Shown in pieces: positions 1 through 13,638 of a DNA stretch of 64,000 nt; the stretch's first letter is position 1, and every line of letters begins with the position of its first letter. The DNA is taken from NCBI GenBank assembly GCA_951406725.2, contig OX597828.1:71424001-71488000 (forward strand), written 5' to 3'. The stretch comes from Octopus vulgaris. Lineage: Eukaryota. The translations under genes were made by a program, and so were the position numbers. The notes beneath the pieces are model-generated. The model did no database searches and was not told the origin of the DNA. It saw only the letters and a list, made by a program, of their open reading frames with translations.

Positions 1-199
1 AGTTAACCCCAGAGAAGAGGCCTGACCTGAAAGCTTGCAATAAAAAAGGACTCTATCAAAGGAAACCAAGGGCAATGTGGTTACAATTACTATAAGAACC
101 GAAGGAAGTCGACAAAACCAATTATTTCGATCAGATAACAAAACCACGCGTTTGGTGGGAACCTTTTATGGAATAAATCGATTTCATTATTTGATTGGC

Positions 200-410
200 T
201 TAAGGCGGCAAGCTGGCAGAATCCCCAGCACGCCGGACAAAATGTTAAGCGGCATTTCGTTCGTCTTTAGGTTCTGAATTAAAATTCCACTGAGGTCGAC
301 TTCGCCTTCCATCCTTTCGGAGTCGATAAAATAAATACTAGTTGAGTACTGGGGTCGATGTAATCGATTTACACCCTACCCACGAAACTGCTGGACTTTC
401 AAAAATTGAA
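200..410 (+). mobile_element. tRNA-derived SINE (family A; most abundant repeat in the window)
   Basis: aaggcggcaagctggcagaatc...gaggtcgacttcgccttccatcctttcggagtcgataaaataa... matches many other copies (e.g. 36455, 39770, 44168, 57205). Boundaries approximate. Confidence 0.8.
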
Positions 411-511
411 ATAAAAAGTAATAGAATGGGAAATACAAAGATAACAAGATATATTTCTTTATTGCCCACAAGGGGCTAAACATAGAGGGGACAGACAAAG
501 GGATTAAGTCA

Positions 512-550
<39 letters not shown>

Positions 551-741
551 TGTGTACAGTGCTCAGGTGCACTACAACTCATCTAAAGTGTATATATAAT
601 CAGGTGAAGTTTCGGCGGATTTCGGAAAAGGGTATGCGTTTGGTTGCACGTCTCTGGACAGATTCCAGGAGGTCAATGTTCTGTGCAAGATAGGGGTTCC
701 AAACTGATGATGCGAATTCCAAGTCTATTACATAGACTCCA

Positions 742-890
742 GTGCGTAACTGGTACTTAATTTATCGACCCTGAAAGGATGAAAGGTAAAGTCGACCTCG
801 GCGGGATTTGAACTCAGAACGTAACGGCAGACGAATGCGGCAACGCATTTCGTCCGGCGTGCTAACGTTTCTGCCAACTCGCCGCCAAAC
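742..890 (-). mobile_element. SINE family A, reverse orientation
   Basis: Reverse complement of the family A body (ctggtacttaatttatcgaccctgaaaggatgaaagg...gatttgaactcagaac). Confidence 0.75.
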
Positions 891-1612
891 CCTCACCATG
901 GCAACACCAACGTCCTCGATTTTTTGTTGCCCACAAGGGGCTAAATATAGAGATTGCACATTACTAAGACAATACAAAACATATAATCGGGGAAATAGAA
1001 ATCGAGCAAGGAAGAAAAAATAAAAAGAAACGAATGAAATTATGAAAATGATGAAAACGAGGCGCAATGCCCACTCGACCTCCGAAGTCGAGTCGTTATA
1101 TTTAGACATTACTTCAGACAGTTTTTTTCCTCTCCCGCCTTTTTTTTTTAAACAAGAAGTTCACATCTTCATCATTTTCTTATATATTGTTCATATCATA
1201 TTTTACATACCTTATCAATTTTTCAAAACTCTTTACGTTCAATTACGAGTGGGAGGTCATCAAACCACACCAGACCGTCAATTGAAATCAAAAGCTCCAT
1301 GAACGCGTCGTATCGATCGTCATCCAATGGTACAGACCTTTCCACCTCCTTGAATTTCTCCCTGGGCAGTTTCTCCCTCATCACTCCCTTCCACTTGGAG
1401 ATTCTCCTCTCTCCACATCTACACTCTTTTGGTAGAAGATTATGAATGCCTTATTTCTATATCTGTGCTTCCACCGATTCCCTGCGACCGCTCTTCCTCC
1501 CTCCCTCCGACCGACAAACCCGTCACTCCCCCATCGCCCCCCTCCCCGTCCTCACCTCCGCATCTCTGACGCACACGTCATCTCTCCCGCCATCTCCGTC
1601 TCAACTGGCACA

Positions 1613-1890
1613 CTAACCTCCGTTTCTTCTTGGTCCTCTCCCACAGCCTTCCCACTCTGAGGAGGCTTGCGCCCTCACACGGCCTCCTAACCCACACTCG
1701 CAACAACTGGGTCGACGACCCCCAACAACCACCCTGAGGGAACCCCCTTCCGCAATCTCCATCTGGTAGGGGATCCCCTCAATGTCCTCGAAAGCGGTAA
1801 AAAGCATACCCTAACCCTAACCCTACACTGCATGTATTTTATACAATACGCTAACGACTTCGCGAATTTACCGCCTTTCAATCCATTCAC
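1613..1890 (-). pseudogene. Degenerate non-LTR retrotransposon ORF1 (gag-like zinc knuckle) fragment
   Basis: Translation LRVVVGGRRPSCCECGLGGRVRAQ resembles a decayed CX2CX4HX4C knuckle preceded by the V.GR.P.C motif typical of LINE ORF1. Frameshifted. Confidence 0.45.
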
Positions 1891-1909
1891 CCACCTGTCT
1901 CACTAGAAG

Positions 1910-3735
1910 TAGGCATCCGTCGGTCTCGAGAGGCTTTGGGCCTGCGCTCTCCTTCCAATCGTGTCAGGTGCGGATGGTGGTGCAGTGTCTGTTGTGGCTG
2001 TACAGGCCCACACGGGAGTGGAAGTCACGTATACAGCGACTGTATTTGAAGGAGTTCTCTGTCGGTGCCCCTGATTTTCCCCTTCCGTCGAGTGAGCTTT
2101 TCTTTGATAGCGAGGACGTGTTTTGCTCCCGCTCTCTTCATTCCCTTTTGCAGCATTTTCTCCCAGTCTGGGCAATCATTTGCAATCTCCTCATATCTCA
2201 GGACGTCCAGATCAAGTGACTTCACATCTCTCTTACAGACGTCTTTGAAACGAAGATGAGGTCGTCCTCGTGCTCTTGTTCCGGTTGCCAATTTCCCATA
2301 GAGGAGGTCTTTTGGATCCTTCCGTCTGGCATGCGATGAACATGACAGAACCAGCGCAATCGACGTTGCTGGAGCAAGATGTGTGTGCTGGGAATCTTGG
2401 CTCGGTTGAGGACTTCAGTGTTGGTGATGTGGTCGGTCCACTTGATGTCCAAGATTCGTCTCAAATTACGAAAGTGAAAGACGTTGAGACGCCGCTCCTG
2501 TCTGGAGTAGAGGCTCCACCTCTCACTGCCATTAAGTAGCGTACGAAGGACGCGCGCCTTATATACAGCAAGTCAGGTGTTTGCAGCCAGTTTCTTTTGT
2601 TTTCCCAGACTCTCTTTGTGAGCCTGGCAAATGTGGGGGGTGTTTATCCGATTCACTTGTTGATCTTAGGATCAAGGGAGAGGTCATCAGCGATGGTAGA
2701 GCCGAGATACGTGAATTGATGGACTACCTCCAGCTTGTAGTTGTTGATGGTAATGGCAGGGGCGTGCTTTACACTTTGACCCATTACTGGAGTCTTCTTC
2801 AGACTGATAGTCAGGCTGAATTCCTGATAGATCTTTGAGAGTTTGTCCACGACGTGCTGCATTTGCTCTTCAGAGTGTGCTGTCAGTGCTGTATCGTCTG
2901 CGAACAGCATTTCTCCGACACACTTTGGATTTTGCTTTCAACCTCTGTGAAATGATTGAACAATCCTGAGATGTCTTGGAGGACAACCAATCTTGGCAAG
3001 GATTTTCAACAGGCCGTCTCTACTGATTAGGTCAAAAGCCTTTGTGAGGTCGATGAAGGTGATAAAGAGTGGTTGTCTTTACTCTCGGCACTTTTCCTGT
3101 AGCTGTCGGAGACAGATCGATGGTGGAGCGTGTTGCTCTGAAACCACGCTGAGATTCGGGGTATCTCCTCTCAGCGATTTTCTGTATCCTATTTAGGACC
3201 ACGCGGGCAAAGACTTTTCCAACGATGCTTAACAGCGAGATGCCTCGGTAGTTATAGCAGTCGCTTTTGTCTCCTATGTTCTTAAAAAGGGTGACAATGT
3301 TGCTATTCAGACCCGGTTCCAGTGGACAGACCATCAATGGCTCTGCTCAGTTCTTCAGCAGTTGGCAGTGCGTCCAGCTCCTCCGTGACGGGTGGGTGCT
3401 GTACGATGTCTAGCGCACTGTCCGAGATGTTCTTTTCTTTGGCGCAGTGTTCGGACTAATGTTCCACCCATCTCTCTCGCTGCTCTCTTTTGTCCCTGAT
3501 AACTTCCCCTGTTCTGTATTTGAGTGGAGCTACCTTGCTCTGGGTTGGGCCAATGGCTTCCTTCATACCCTCATACATCCCATGAATGTTGTCTGTAGCA
3601 AACGACAGTTGGATATCTGCGTATAGTTGTAACCAGAAGTCATTTGTACATCGCCTCACTGTCTTCTGCATGCTTTTCCTTGCTGATCTCAATGCTTGCA
3701 GCGTTGCCCTTGTGGGTTGTCTCACTACAAGCTTA
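1910..3735 (-). mobile_element. 5'-truncated, frameshifted RTE-clade LINE (reverse transcriptase and C-terminal region)
   Basis: Minus-strand ORF pieces: NYRGISLLSIVGKVFARV, PESQRGFR, MLFADD (RT catalytic motif), FTYLGSTI, LRWFCHVHRMPDGRI, GRPHLRFKDVCKRD. Several frameshifts. Confidence 0.9.
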
Positions 3736-3827
3736 TCTGTCTGCCTGTCTATCTTTATCAATCAATCAATCAATCAACCAGGCACTGGCTAAACTGCCAC
3801 TATCTTATCTAACTATCTATCTGTCTG

Positions 3828-3879
<52 letters not shown>

Positions 3880-3933
3880 ATCTATCTAATCTATCTGTCT
3901 GTCTGTCTGTCTATCTGTCTATCTATCTATCTA

Positions 3934-3991
<58 letters not shown>

Positions 3992-4005
3992 AATCAATCA
4001 ATCAG
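3735..4005. repeat. (TATC/TGTC/AATC)n microsatellite
   Basis: Directly visible tetranucleotide run. Confidence 0.95.
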
Positions 4006-4314
4006 ATGTTAGCTAAACTATCGATCTATCTACTTACCTATCAAACACTGACTGAACTATCGATCTATACCTATCACCTTATCAATCAAACGCTAGCTAA
4101 ATTATAGATCTCTCTACTTCTGTACTTCTACTGTTACTCAAATAATCTGATTGAACTTAGTATTAAGTCACCTGTTACCCTGAAGGTGAGACCCATATAG
4201 AAAGGCATACAAGCCATATCACCTCGAAGACTATATTGACGTACCCCCTCTTTCCTTAAGGCGGGTAGAGTTCGATTTAAAGGAGATATATTTTATTTAT
4301 TCTTTATATCACTA

Positions 4315-4706
4315 CCAGCAGTATCGCCCGGCGTTGCTCGGGTTTGTAAGGGAAATAACTATATAAGCATTTTCAGAGAGTTATAGCCAAAAAATAGCAA
4401 AAAAATGCATTAAAAATGGAAAAAAATGATGGTAAATTTTTTTTAAAAATCGTTGACTCATCGTAGACATTTTTAGAGAGTTACTTCCCTTATATAATAG
4501 CGAAAAAAATGCATTCAAATGGAAAAAAATGATGGCAATTTTTTTTTTAAATCGTAGACGCGCGCTAATACCCAGAAGGGCTCGATATGAATCACGACTA
4601 TAAGATACCCGGTTTTGGTTACACTGCACCGCAAAATGTGGGAGTAGTTAGGAATCTAAATCGTAGGAGACAGACAGACACACAACTTGACTTTTATATA
4701 TAAAGA
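4315..4706 (-). mobile_element. Non-autonomous Helitron
   Basis: On the minus strand it begins A|TCTTTATATATAAAAG, has the subterminal hairpin cccgagcaacgccggg and ends CTGG|T. Near-identical to 26190..26574. Confidence 0.8.
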
Positions 4707-6164
4707 TTAGTGAACAATAACGTCGTTTGTCCAGAACCAATAACTGGTTCATTGCTTTTCTGCCGGTAAGAGTAAGACAACATCGATGTAGACCAAATAT
4801 CTTAAGGGACTTCTTTTGTAAAGCACCGGGTTTTAGGTTTTCTCGCCGATGTTTACACAATTCCTTCAATTAACAATTTTCTGTTTCCACTTGCGACGAA
4901 TTGATTAATCCGAAGCTATGATAAAAGACACTTGCCCAAAGTGCCACGTTGTAGGACCGAACCCGGAATCACACAGTAGCTAAGCGAACTTCTTACCTCC
5001 CACAGCCATGCTCATACTGCTATTTCTAGCAGGTCGAATAACCGGGTTAAGTTCCCTTTCATAAACGGAGAGAAAAACATTTTTTTCTCTTTGTTTTGAA
5101 GGGATTATTTCTACTCTCCATACATACATTCTCTCACACACACATGCATTGTTTCTTTTCATATACACCCACCCACATTAATGTGCTCAGAAAGGATTAC
5201 ACACCCATCGTCTCATATATTCTCTTTATCTTCCCATGTACTTACATATACTCTCTCTGTCATTCATACATTCTCTCAAGTCCACTCAAATAGGGTCTCA
5301 TACATACATTGTCACTCGTACACATTATCTGCCAGTGTCTTATACACACACACACACACACACACATATATTGTCTCATATGCACACATTGTTTCTTCTA
5401 CACTCATTCATACACTTTCTACCCCCCTCTTCTCTCTTTTTCACACTCTTGTAACGAAAGAATATTTTAGTGAGTTTTCAGGGTTGACGGTTGAACGCTT
5501 CAAGAAACAAAAAAAAAAAAACCCGAAAAACACCAGAATAAAAATAAAAATAGTTGGCTGGATTTCCCCCTCCCCGCACCCGTAAATAAATATTTATGTC
5601 TACAAAAAAAAATAAAAAGAAAAAAGTGTATCTGCTTTGTTTGTTTTATTTTAGCCGACCCAGGCCATCATTAAATGCTGCTTTTCACTTCCTAGCAGCT
5701 GTGTGACCGGAAAACGACTGGGGGCGCCTAACAACCACAGGGAAGGTGAAAACACGCATCAGGGTGAAATAGTGACACAGTAGTTTAGTGAAGAGGTGAA
5801 GAGAAAAGAACAAACAAAAAACATACTAGTTGTACAATATTTTAACTTTGATTTTAAACTTAGCATAGAAGTTAGTTCTCCATCGAATTTTTACACTTTG
5901 TAGTTTATTAATCTACCGTTATTTTCCTAGACTTTAACGTACTTTTTCAACGACACAACAACCTGAGTTTATTTATTTTAACTGAGATTTCTCTCTCTCC
6001 ACCCCAGTCAGATTTTTACTTCCTTCCACTCAACATAGACTTTCCTTAAGATCGTGGGGGTTGTCTATTATGTTTGTGTATTATACGTGTTGTAAAGACA
6101 ATCACATGTCCTCAGAATATTGAACATAATAAATATTGTAAGACATTTGGGTACCCAGCCAGTC

Positions 6165-6455
6165 ATGGAAATAATAAAGAGTCCGTTTGGAACAGATATG
6201 ATCATTTTCAGAGATTATATTTATAGAAAAGATAAAGCCAAGTTGAATACCATGTACTGGCGATGTGTTAAAACGAATTGTAAAGGGAGATTGGTGAGCA
6301 TTCTGGATTATAAAGAAAAAAACGTGGAAGAAATTCAACTGAAGGTCAGAGGTCAGCATTCTCATCCTCCTGATCCTGTGGATGTGAAAGCAAGGAAAGC
6401 ATTAATTGAAGCGAAGTCAATTTTGAACTGCCACGAACTACCCAGAAACGAAAAG
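6165..6455 (+). CDS. Cassette exon 1: FLYWCH zinc-finger protein N-terminus (97 aa), phase-0 donor
   Basis: MEIIKSPFGTDMIIFRDYIYRKDK..MYWRCVKTNCKGRL..HSH fits the FLYWCH pattern. In-frame TAA at 6093 upstream. Ends AAG|GTAACC at a codon boundary. Confidence 0.8.
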
Positions 6456-9232
6456 GTAACCGTCATTCGACTTAAATATTGACTTAAAAACTTTCGAAAT
6501 ATATTTCAGCTTCAAAATGATGTTTATTTATTTTGTCTTTATTTACAAAACATTTTTTTATTTATAAAGTATATATTTAATAGCTGAATATGTATATCTG
6601 ATAGACACACTCTCAACTATTTCTCTCTCTGTCTGTCTGCCGGTCAAATCGGTAGAAAGTTACAAAAGTGACTCTGGGGCCGACATTTTCGGGCAAACAC
6701 ATTCTCCAACCGACTTTAAATCTGAGTTTGTTTCTTTTTTGTCAATCGAATCATATATTCTTTTGCTGTTGGTGAACTGCAGCCTTCCTATGAAACCTAG
6801 TGACTTCTATAGTTTGGAACTAAGTATATCGATCTGTATTTGTAGAACCGGTTTAACAACAGCGATTTGGTTTTGAAAACCCTTGTAAACATTAACCACG
6901 CACACACATTTTCAATTTTTTTTTTTTACATATATACCGTCTGTTAAATTCCATCATTATAGTTGAGTAGAGCCCCGTGTAATGTGCCGCGCAGTGAGAT
7001 CGAACCCCAAATCTCGGTGTTGCAAAGCGAACTTTGTAACTAAACGGCCATAAATGCATATGGGCGGAGGTAAAGAATACGCGCCCCACCCGTTTTCGGT
7101 GTAACCCAAACCGCCGAAAACGGGTGGTGTATACTATTTATCTTTTACTTGTTTCAGTCATTAGACTGCGGCCATGCTGGAGTACCGCCTCCAAGAATTT
7201 CTTGTCGAACGAGTCAGACGCTTTCGGAAATTCCCGATGTGAATTTTCCGAGGCCTCTCCCCCATTCCCGTGCGCGCATTTTTTCCTATTCGTTTAGAGG
7301 AAGTTGTTTTACACCTATTACACACGTTTTTTTGTTTGTTTATATACGATGGGCTTCTTTCAGTTTCCATCTACCAAATCCACTCACAAGGCTTTGGTCG
7401 GCCCAAGGCTATAGTAGAAGGCACTTGTCCAGAGTGTCACGCAGTGGGATTGACCCCAGAGCCACGTGGTTGGGAAACTAAATTCTTACCATGTGAATTT
7501 TCCGAGTCCCCACCCCCGTTCGCGAGCGCGCATTTTTTTTCATATTCGTTTAGAGCAAATTGTTTTACACGTATACTATTTTTCTTTTGTTCTTTTTTGC
7601 TCGGGTCAAACGCTTTAGTTTAACCTGAAAGGCTTTTATAAGTCAATACTGTATCCTACTGTTTGTGGTGTTAGCAGTGCTATATATAGTTGTTTACAAG
7701 ACAGTGATTGTTGGTACCAAGTTCTATTCAAGTCCAGGCCCCTAAGGACAGTTGGTTCTTGTAAACAACTGTCCTTAGACAAAAGACTGACTTTTCATTG
7801 ACCAGTGTTTACTCATCCCATCTTCTGGTGTGGAGGATTTCCCGCTCCTTGGTACCAACAAGTTCTTATTCATTTCAGTCGTAGATACACAAGCGTTAAG
7901 TTGTCTGTCTATCTCTCCACATCTCTGTCCGTCCGTCCGTCTATCCATCCCAAAAATTGGTATTTTTTAATGAAATACCATTCAGACTGCATAAATTACG
8001 ATGATATCGGAATTTAATGTGGAAAAAAAAAATGTTAGGCACACACACGTACATACTGTTATACTCGTCATATTTATTACAGAATCTTGAAATTCTGAAC
8101 ACATAATGTGTGTGTGTTAGTATGTATGTGTTCACACCAACCTGTTTTTTTCCCTCTTTCACATTGAATCCTGATATGATCGTAATCTATACACACGCAC
8201 GCACATGAAGTCTGTTTTTTGGCCATCGTGTCTCGTCACTTGTCGCGATTATTTCCTTCAGGAGGTTTCCCAATTTCTTGAAATCAGCTCTCTTCGTCCA
8301 CTTTCCCCTTATATTTTCCCATTTTGCAGGTTCCTTCCATTGGAATCACTTGCCAATATTCTAACCAGGCGCCACCCCGTTCCACACACATCACATGTCA
8401 CAGAACCAGTGCAGGCTTCTCTCTTGCACGTTACATCTGATTCCATGAACCAACGCCGTAGCCTCTATATAGTCACTCGACGCGCTAGAAACAGCAGCCA
8501 AATCTCTCTCAAATTAACATCGTTAGCATCCTAAAAGATCGAACATCTTGATTAATGGAGTCTTGGGTTCCTTGCTTATAGGAAAATTACTGGATGGTCA
8601 CGGTTGGAATGTCCGTGATCATTGGTTTGTTCAACCAGGGCTTACATAGGACTATAAACCATAACATTCAATTAGTCTTTCCCTGACCCGTTATTCACTT
8701 TCTCTGTAATGTCACCGTACTGGTGTTTATAAGAAATACAGATTTTATCGCATGTAATCCTTTCTCGGACAGATATATCCATCAGAATGGTCGAATTTGT
8801 TTCCGCCTTAAATAATTCCAATCTCGTGGAAACATGCCATTTGTAATAACAATATCTTTTCTTTCTGAAAAGAATTATTTTTAATTCCTTTTGTTGTTCA
8901 AGGTCTGCGATATCTGCTCCTGTATCAGTTATTATTAAATCAACAGCTATTTATTAACAGAGTTTTAAATATCATTCACAACAGATGGATTGACTTAGCT
9001 TCCTGAATGAGGAACTGCCTGGTAACACCAAGAATGTCCTTTTTATATGCATTAATAAGAGAACATTTACGTGGTAAATATTCTTTAAAACCCATTTTGA
9101 CGTACGCGATTATTCTGCCAGTGTTTCCATTTGATTGTGGATGATATACAGAGGTGTTTTCGTAGGTCTACACCCAGTTTTAACGAAGCCAGATGCTCGA
9201 GTTTATTAATTATGAAATTCACAGACATTGCC

Positions 9233-9520
9233 AGGAAATCCGCCAACTTATCGCCGCCGATTCAGCGCGGAGTCAAGTTAGCGGTAAACTAACTCATCGC
9301 CCCAATTAACTTACTTTAAAAAACTGAAATTCACAGAGGTGAAATGGAATGGAAAAAAATACCTTTATTTAAAGAAATGGAATGTTAATTAAAATATCCT
9401 ATTTTACTAAAGTATAAATGTTTAAATCACTGGTTCGCTACTAATTCATCGCCGCCAATTCATCGCGAGCCAAGTCGTCGCTAACCAAACTCATCACCGA
9501 ACCACTTCATTATCAAACCA
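9233..9520 (+). repeat. Two blocks of short tandem (c/a)attcatcgcc-like motifs; possible MULE terminal-repeat remnant upstream of cassette 2
   Basis: aacttatcgccgccgattcagcgcg...aactcatcgcc (9233-9305) and aattcatcgccgccaattcatcgcg...aactcatcacc (9432-9520). Confidence 0.45.
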
Positions 9521-9691
9521 AAATAATTACTAATCAGACTAAATTAACAAATTACAAGTTAGCTAATTGTCAATTTAAATGTGACAGCGTTTACTTATTT
9601 ACTGTTCGACGCTGGCAACTTCGGTTCATGCAATTAATTTAGAACTGTTTGAGCTACGGTTGCTTAAATTTCCCAAGGAGGCCCCTTCACA

Positions 9692-10000
9692 ATGGAACGT
9701 GTTTTCAGTCAGCGAGGCAAAGAGAAGTTCTCACACGATGGCTATTTGTTTATATTTGATAAATTTAGTAGGACCGACACTGACTTGATGTTTTGGCGCT
9801 GTGAATTAATCGGCAGATGTAAAGCAAGAATTCACACAAAATTTGGCGATGTTGTGAAATTTATGAATACTCACACACATGATTGTTCACCAATAAAGGA
9901 AGTAGTACAAATGGCCAGAAAAACGAAAAGCTGCTCTCGGAAGTCAATGGAAAGTCCAAATATAGTAATTGATGAAATATTGGGCAGTGTTTTCCGACCG
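9692..10000 (+). CDS. Cassette exon 2: FLYWCH zinc finger resembling a MULE transposase N-terminus (103 aa), phase-0 donor
   Basis: SQRGKEKFSHDGYLFIFDK..FWRCELIGRCKARIHT..HTH. In-frame TAA at 9665. Ends CCG|GTAAGC at a codon boundary. Confidence 0.85.
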
Positions 10001-10829
10001 GTAAGCACTTAAAATAAGCATTTTTCCTTCTATATTTCTATGTACATAATAATAATTCTTTCTAATTTTGGCTCAAGGCCAGCAATTTTGAGAGGAAGAG
10101 AAAGTCAGTTATATCGATCCCAGCGTTAAGCTGGTACTTCATTTTATCGACCCAAAAGGGATGGAAGGCAAACATTGATTTCGGCAGGATTTGAACTCAG
10201 AGCGTAGAGAGCCAGAAGAAATACTGCTAAGTACTTATGTCGGATGCGCTAACAATTCTGCCAGATCACTGTCTTAATAATATATATATTTTTTTTTTAA
10301 TAGCAATTAAGCATAAATTAAATGAGTGGGAATTGAACCGGTATGTTAAATTAAGGCACTGTGACTCTCCACGTACAACAAAGTTTGTTTCAACACACGA
10401 ATTCACACAAGGAATCTTGCAAACCAGATACAAAACATTTTATTATTTTGAATAAATTTGTTTTCATTTCCAGTGGAATAATTTGAATAATTTCAGTATT
10501 TAAGTGTGAAGTGATGAAATGGTTTGTGAAAAACTTGCTCGGCGCTGACAAGTTTTCCACGAATAGTCGTCTCAGTTTGTTTTCATACACAAAATGCTCC
10601 AAGAATGTCATTTCTGAAAGAAATACAGTTCTTCATAGCTCCTTAACTCATTCTCTTTCTTTATCCTTTATTCTTAATACTTAATTCACCCAGAGTATCA
10701 GTAGCGTAGCTTGGGGTAGAGTGAGCCGCCCCTGGCGACGCTTTTCGGAAGGGGAGAGAAGAAACAATTTTGGGGATGACCTTCCTAATACTAGCAACTT
10801 TACAGATATATATATATATATATATATAT

Positions 10830-11303
10830 GGGTTCTCCTGCTTGTGTGGCATGGTCCAGAGTCCTGTTGTCAGGTATAGGGTCTTCCAGCAGTCACCTTG
10901 ACCCAGGGCAGCACTTCCTCCTCCAGGCACTTGAGGTAGGCCTCCGTGTTGAGTGCGAGGCCGTGTTAGAAGATAAATGGAAGCATGTGTCATCACTGGT
11001 GATCAATCCAAACACCTGGATGTTGACTGGATGTTTGATTTTTATCACTCTTGGTACATGTCCTCAGATTGATACCCAGACACTCTGAAATGTTCATATT
11101 GGAGCTTCTGGCTTGAATGCCATGCACTACAACATGTTGTTTCCAAAATTCTGGCTGAGTGAATTGTGTCATGGTGCTGTTTCTCTCACAGACGGTGCCC
11201 AACTGACCCTACTGTACTGTGTAATCGACAAAATCAAAAACAAACAATGCACATGCTCAAAATTAAAAATATAAAATGGCAACAATTTACCCATCACACC
11301 CTG
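10830..11303 (-). mobile_element. Degenerate Tc1/mariner-type transposon fragment
   Basis: Terminus TA|CAGGGTG on the minus strand (ccctg|ta at 11299-11305). Decayed transposase-like sequence around 10835-10880 (QQD.GPCHT-like on the minus strand). Confidence 0.55.
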
Positions 11304-11309
11304 TATGTG

Positions 11310-11347
<38 letters not shown>

Positions 11348-12079
11348 AGTATACACAAAACATAAAGAAGAATGAATAATTATACATCTTCAAAAATTGT
11401 TTATTACAGCATTATCCCTATTTTGGGAATAATGCTGTAAAATCCATATTGGTATCAAAATCTATACCAGCCCCCGTTCCAAAGGTCCCAGCTATCCCGT
11501 CTAAATTCAAGGGCACACAGCTATTTAACACCTTGCTAAAATACCTGAGGGATCTTCATTGAGTAGGGGAGATGTTTTCAAGAAACAACTTGAGCTCCTG
11601 CTATCCAAACTTTGGATATTAACTTAAATCAAGGCAGGAACCTCAAAAGAGGGCAGCAGTGTTGAACTCCCTCCTTCAGCAAAAGTCAATCACATATGAT
11701 TGGCCATTGAAAGGGCTGAAAGGTATAAAAGAATTCAAAGAATTTACTTCCAATCCAATACGTGTTTCAGGTGCATTTAGTTGGTTCAGGCGCAGTAAGT
11801 ATTCATCCAAGGTAAACCATTCCCATGTAGTTTTGTCCATGTTCAAAGAACATGGATACAAACTGTTAACACCCAATTTTATTTCTCTTTTTAATATTTG
11901 ATAAGATGGATACCATCAAAACCGGTTATATTTTAAACCACTCACAAAAATATTAAACATTCTCTAAAATATACTTTTGTGCCTTTTCCAACTTTATTTA
12001 CTTTTTTATCCAAAATTTTTGATTTGTATGAACTCTTAGCCCCTTTTCAACTATATATATATATATATATATATATGAC

Positions 12080-12325
12080 TCCTGTGCAGGTGGCACATAG
12101 CATGGTCATAGCCAGTACCGCCTGACTGGCCCTCGTGCTGGTGGCACATAAAAGCATCCACTACATTTGCAGAGTGGTTGGCGTTAGGAAGGGTATCCAG
12201 CTGTAGAAACTATGCCAGATCAGACTGGAGCCTGGTGCAGCCATCTGGTTCGCCAGTCCTCAGTCAAATCGTCCAACCCATGCTAGCATGGAAAGCGGAC
12301 GTTAAACGATGATGATGATGATGAT
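12080..12325 (+). mobile_element. Retroposon family B (ggttggcgttaggaagggcatccagctgtagaaac...ggacgttaaac(GAT)n)
   Basis: Same conserved body and (GAT)n tail as copies at 19265-19752, 21495-21970, 23635-23990, 41345-41435, 43730-43862, 45010-45340(-), 59350-59530 and 63800-63925. Confidence 0.8.
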
Positions 12326-12339
12326 AATTGGGGGAGAGG

Positions 12340-12620
12340 GATTATCACCCAGATATCCAATTAAGTTATACAAGAAGGAATCATTCCTAATAACTGGTAT
12401 TGCAGTATCATCATAAACAGCTATCAAGGTAAAGGAGATGTCTTAGAGAGAAGTAACTATTTAGGAATCAGATTATGAAGGTCATGGAGAGAGTTAGAGC
12501 TCAATTGATTTGTGACAAGATTGAGCTAGATGAGATGTTGTATGGCTTCATATCCAGAAAAATACCACAAATGTAATCTTCCTAATGAGGCAACAGTAGG
12601 TGAAATGTTTGGCTCAGAGC
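12340..12620 (+). pseudogene. Decayed LINE reverse-transcriptase fragment
   Basis: Remnant IP..W..SIII.SYQGKGDVLERSNY.GI-like translation with stops. Confidence 0.55.
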
Positions 12621-13204
12621 ACAGTAATAGCTTACTTTATGGGGACCCACTCTACGAGACCCTGGGTTTACGAGCTTTATTTTATTATAAATTTTTCTAG
12701 GACAAGATCCAAATTTTGAATCAAGTGCAAATGTTTCTACTACCATAACAAGTGCTTCTGCATATTACTGAGAAATTTATTGAGAGCGAATAAAAGCTTC
12801 TTCTAAGCAAACAACTCTACACTTGATTTTTAAGAAAGAGATCTACAAGTCTGTCTATGAGTGCTTGTGAATCTGCAATCACATCTCCAAGTGATGGTGT
12901 GCATGTGTCTAGTGCGAGTGAAAGTGGTTCAGAAAATGGTTATAATAATATTTTTAATTATAAGTGGTCTTGACATTCTTTTTGCTTTATATAAAATGAT
13001 CTTTACATTCTACTGTTATTCTATTGCCATTTATTTACGAGTATTATAAATTTTACAGGTAAAATATTTTTCTGGGAACGAATTGCGATTTATAACATTG
13101 CTACTATGGGAAATTATTGCTCTGTTTTACGAGTTTTTGCTTTAAAAGTGACCTCCAGGGTCAAATTAACTTGAATATTGAGGCATTGCTGCGTGTGCGC
13201 GCGT

Positions 13205-13330
13205 GTGGTGTCACTGATTTTTTCCCAGTCGCATTTTCCCAGCCGACATTTCCTAGTCACATTTTCGTAGCCGACATTTCTCGACAGCAGTTTTTCTCCC
13301 AGCAAAACTACTTTAGACAATATTTTCCGT
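13205..13330 (+). repeat. Tandem (c)gacatttccc-like motifs; possible MULE terminal-repeat remnant upstream of cassette 3
   Basis: gtcgcattttcccagccgacatttcctagtcacattttcgtagccgacatttctcgacag. A related motif occurs at 6680-6715. Confidence 0.45.
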
Positions 13331-13638
13331 TTTTGTTTGCAATAATTCTATGAAAATTATAATTAAACACAAGTAATCAATAAGGAAATGGATTACATGA
13401 CGGGAAATGTTTTTTCGTTATGTTTAATTAAGGCTGTAAATTAATTATTTTCACTGTAAAAAGGTTATCAAACAATTAACTTCACAATTTCTCTTTATAA
13501 AATCGTCAGAAGATTTAGAAATAATAGCGATAAATACTATCAAGTTATAAAGTTTGGTTCTTTTAGTATTTGCTTCCAGGAATATTCGAGAAATGTTCGT
13601 TTGCTATAATTAAGTATTAACAAATTTTATGCTGGAAT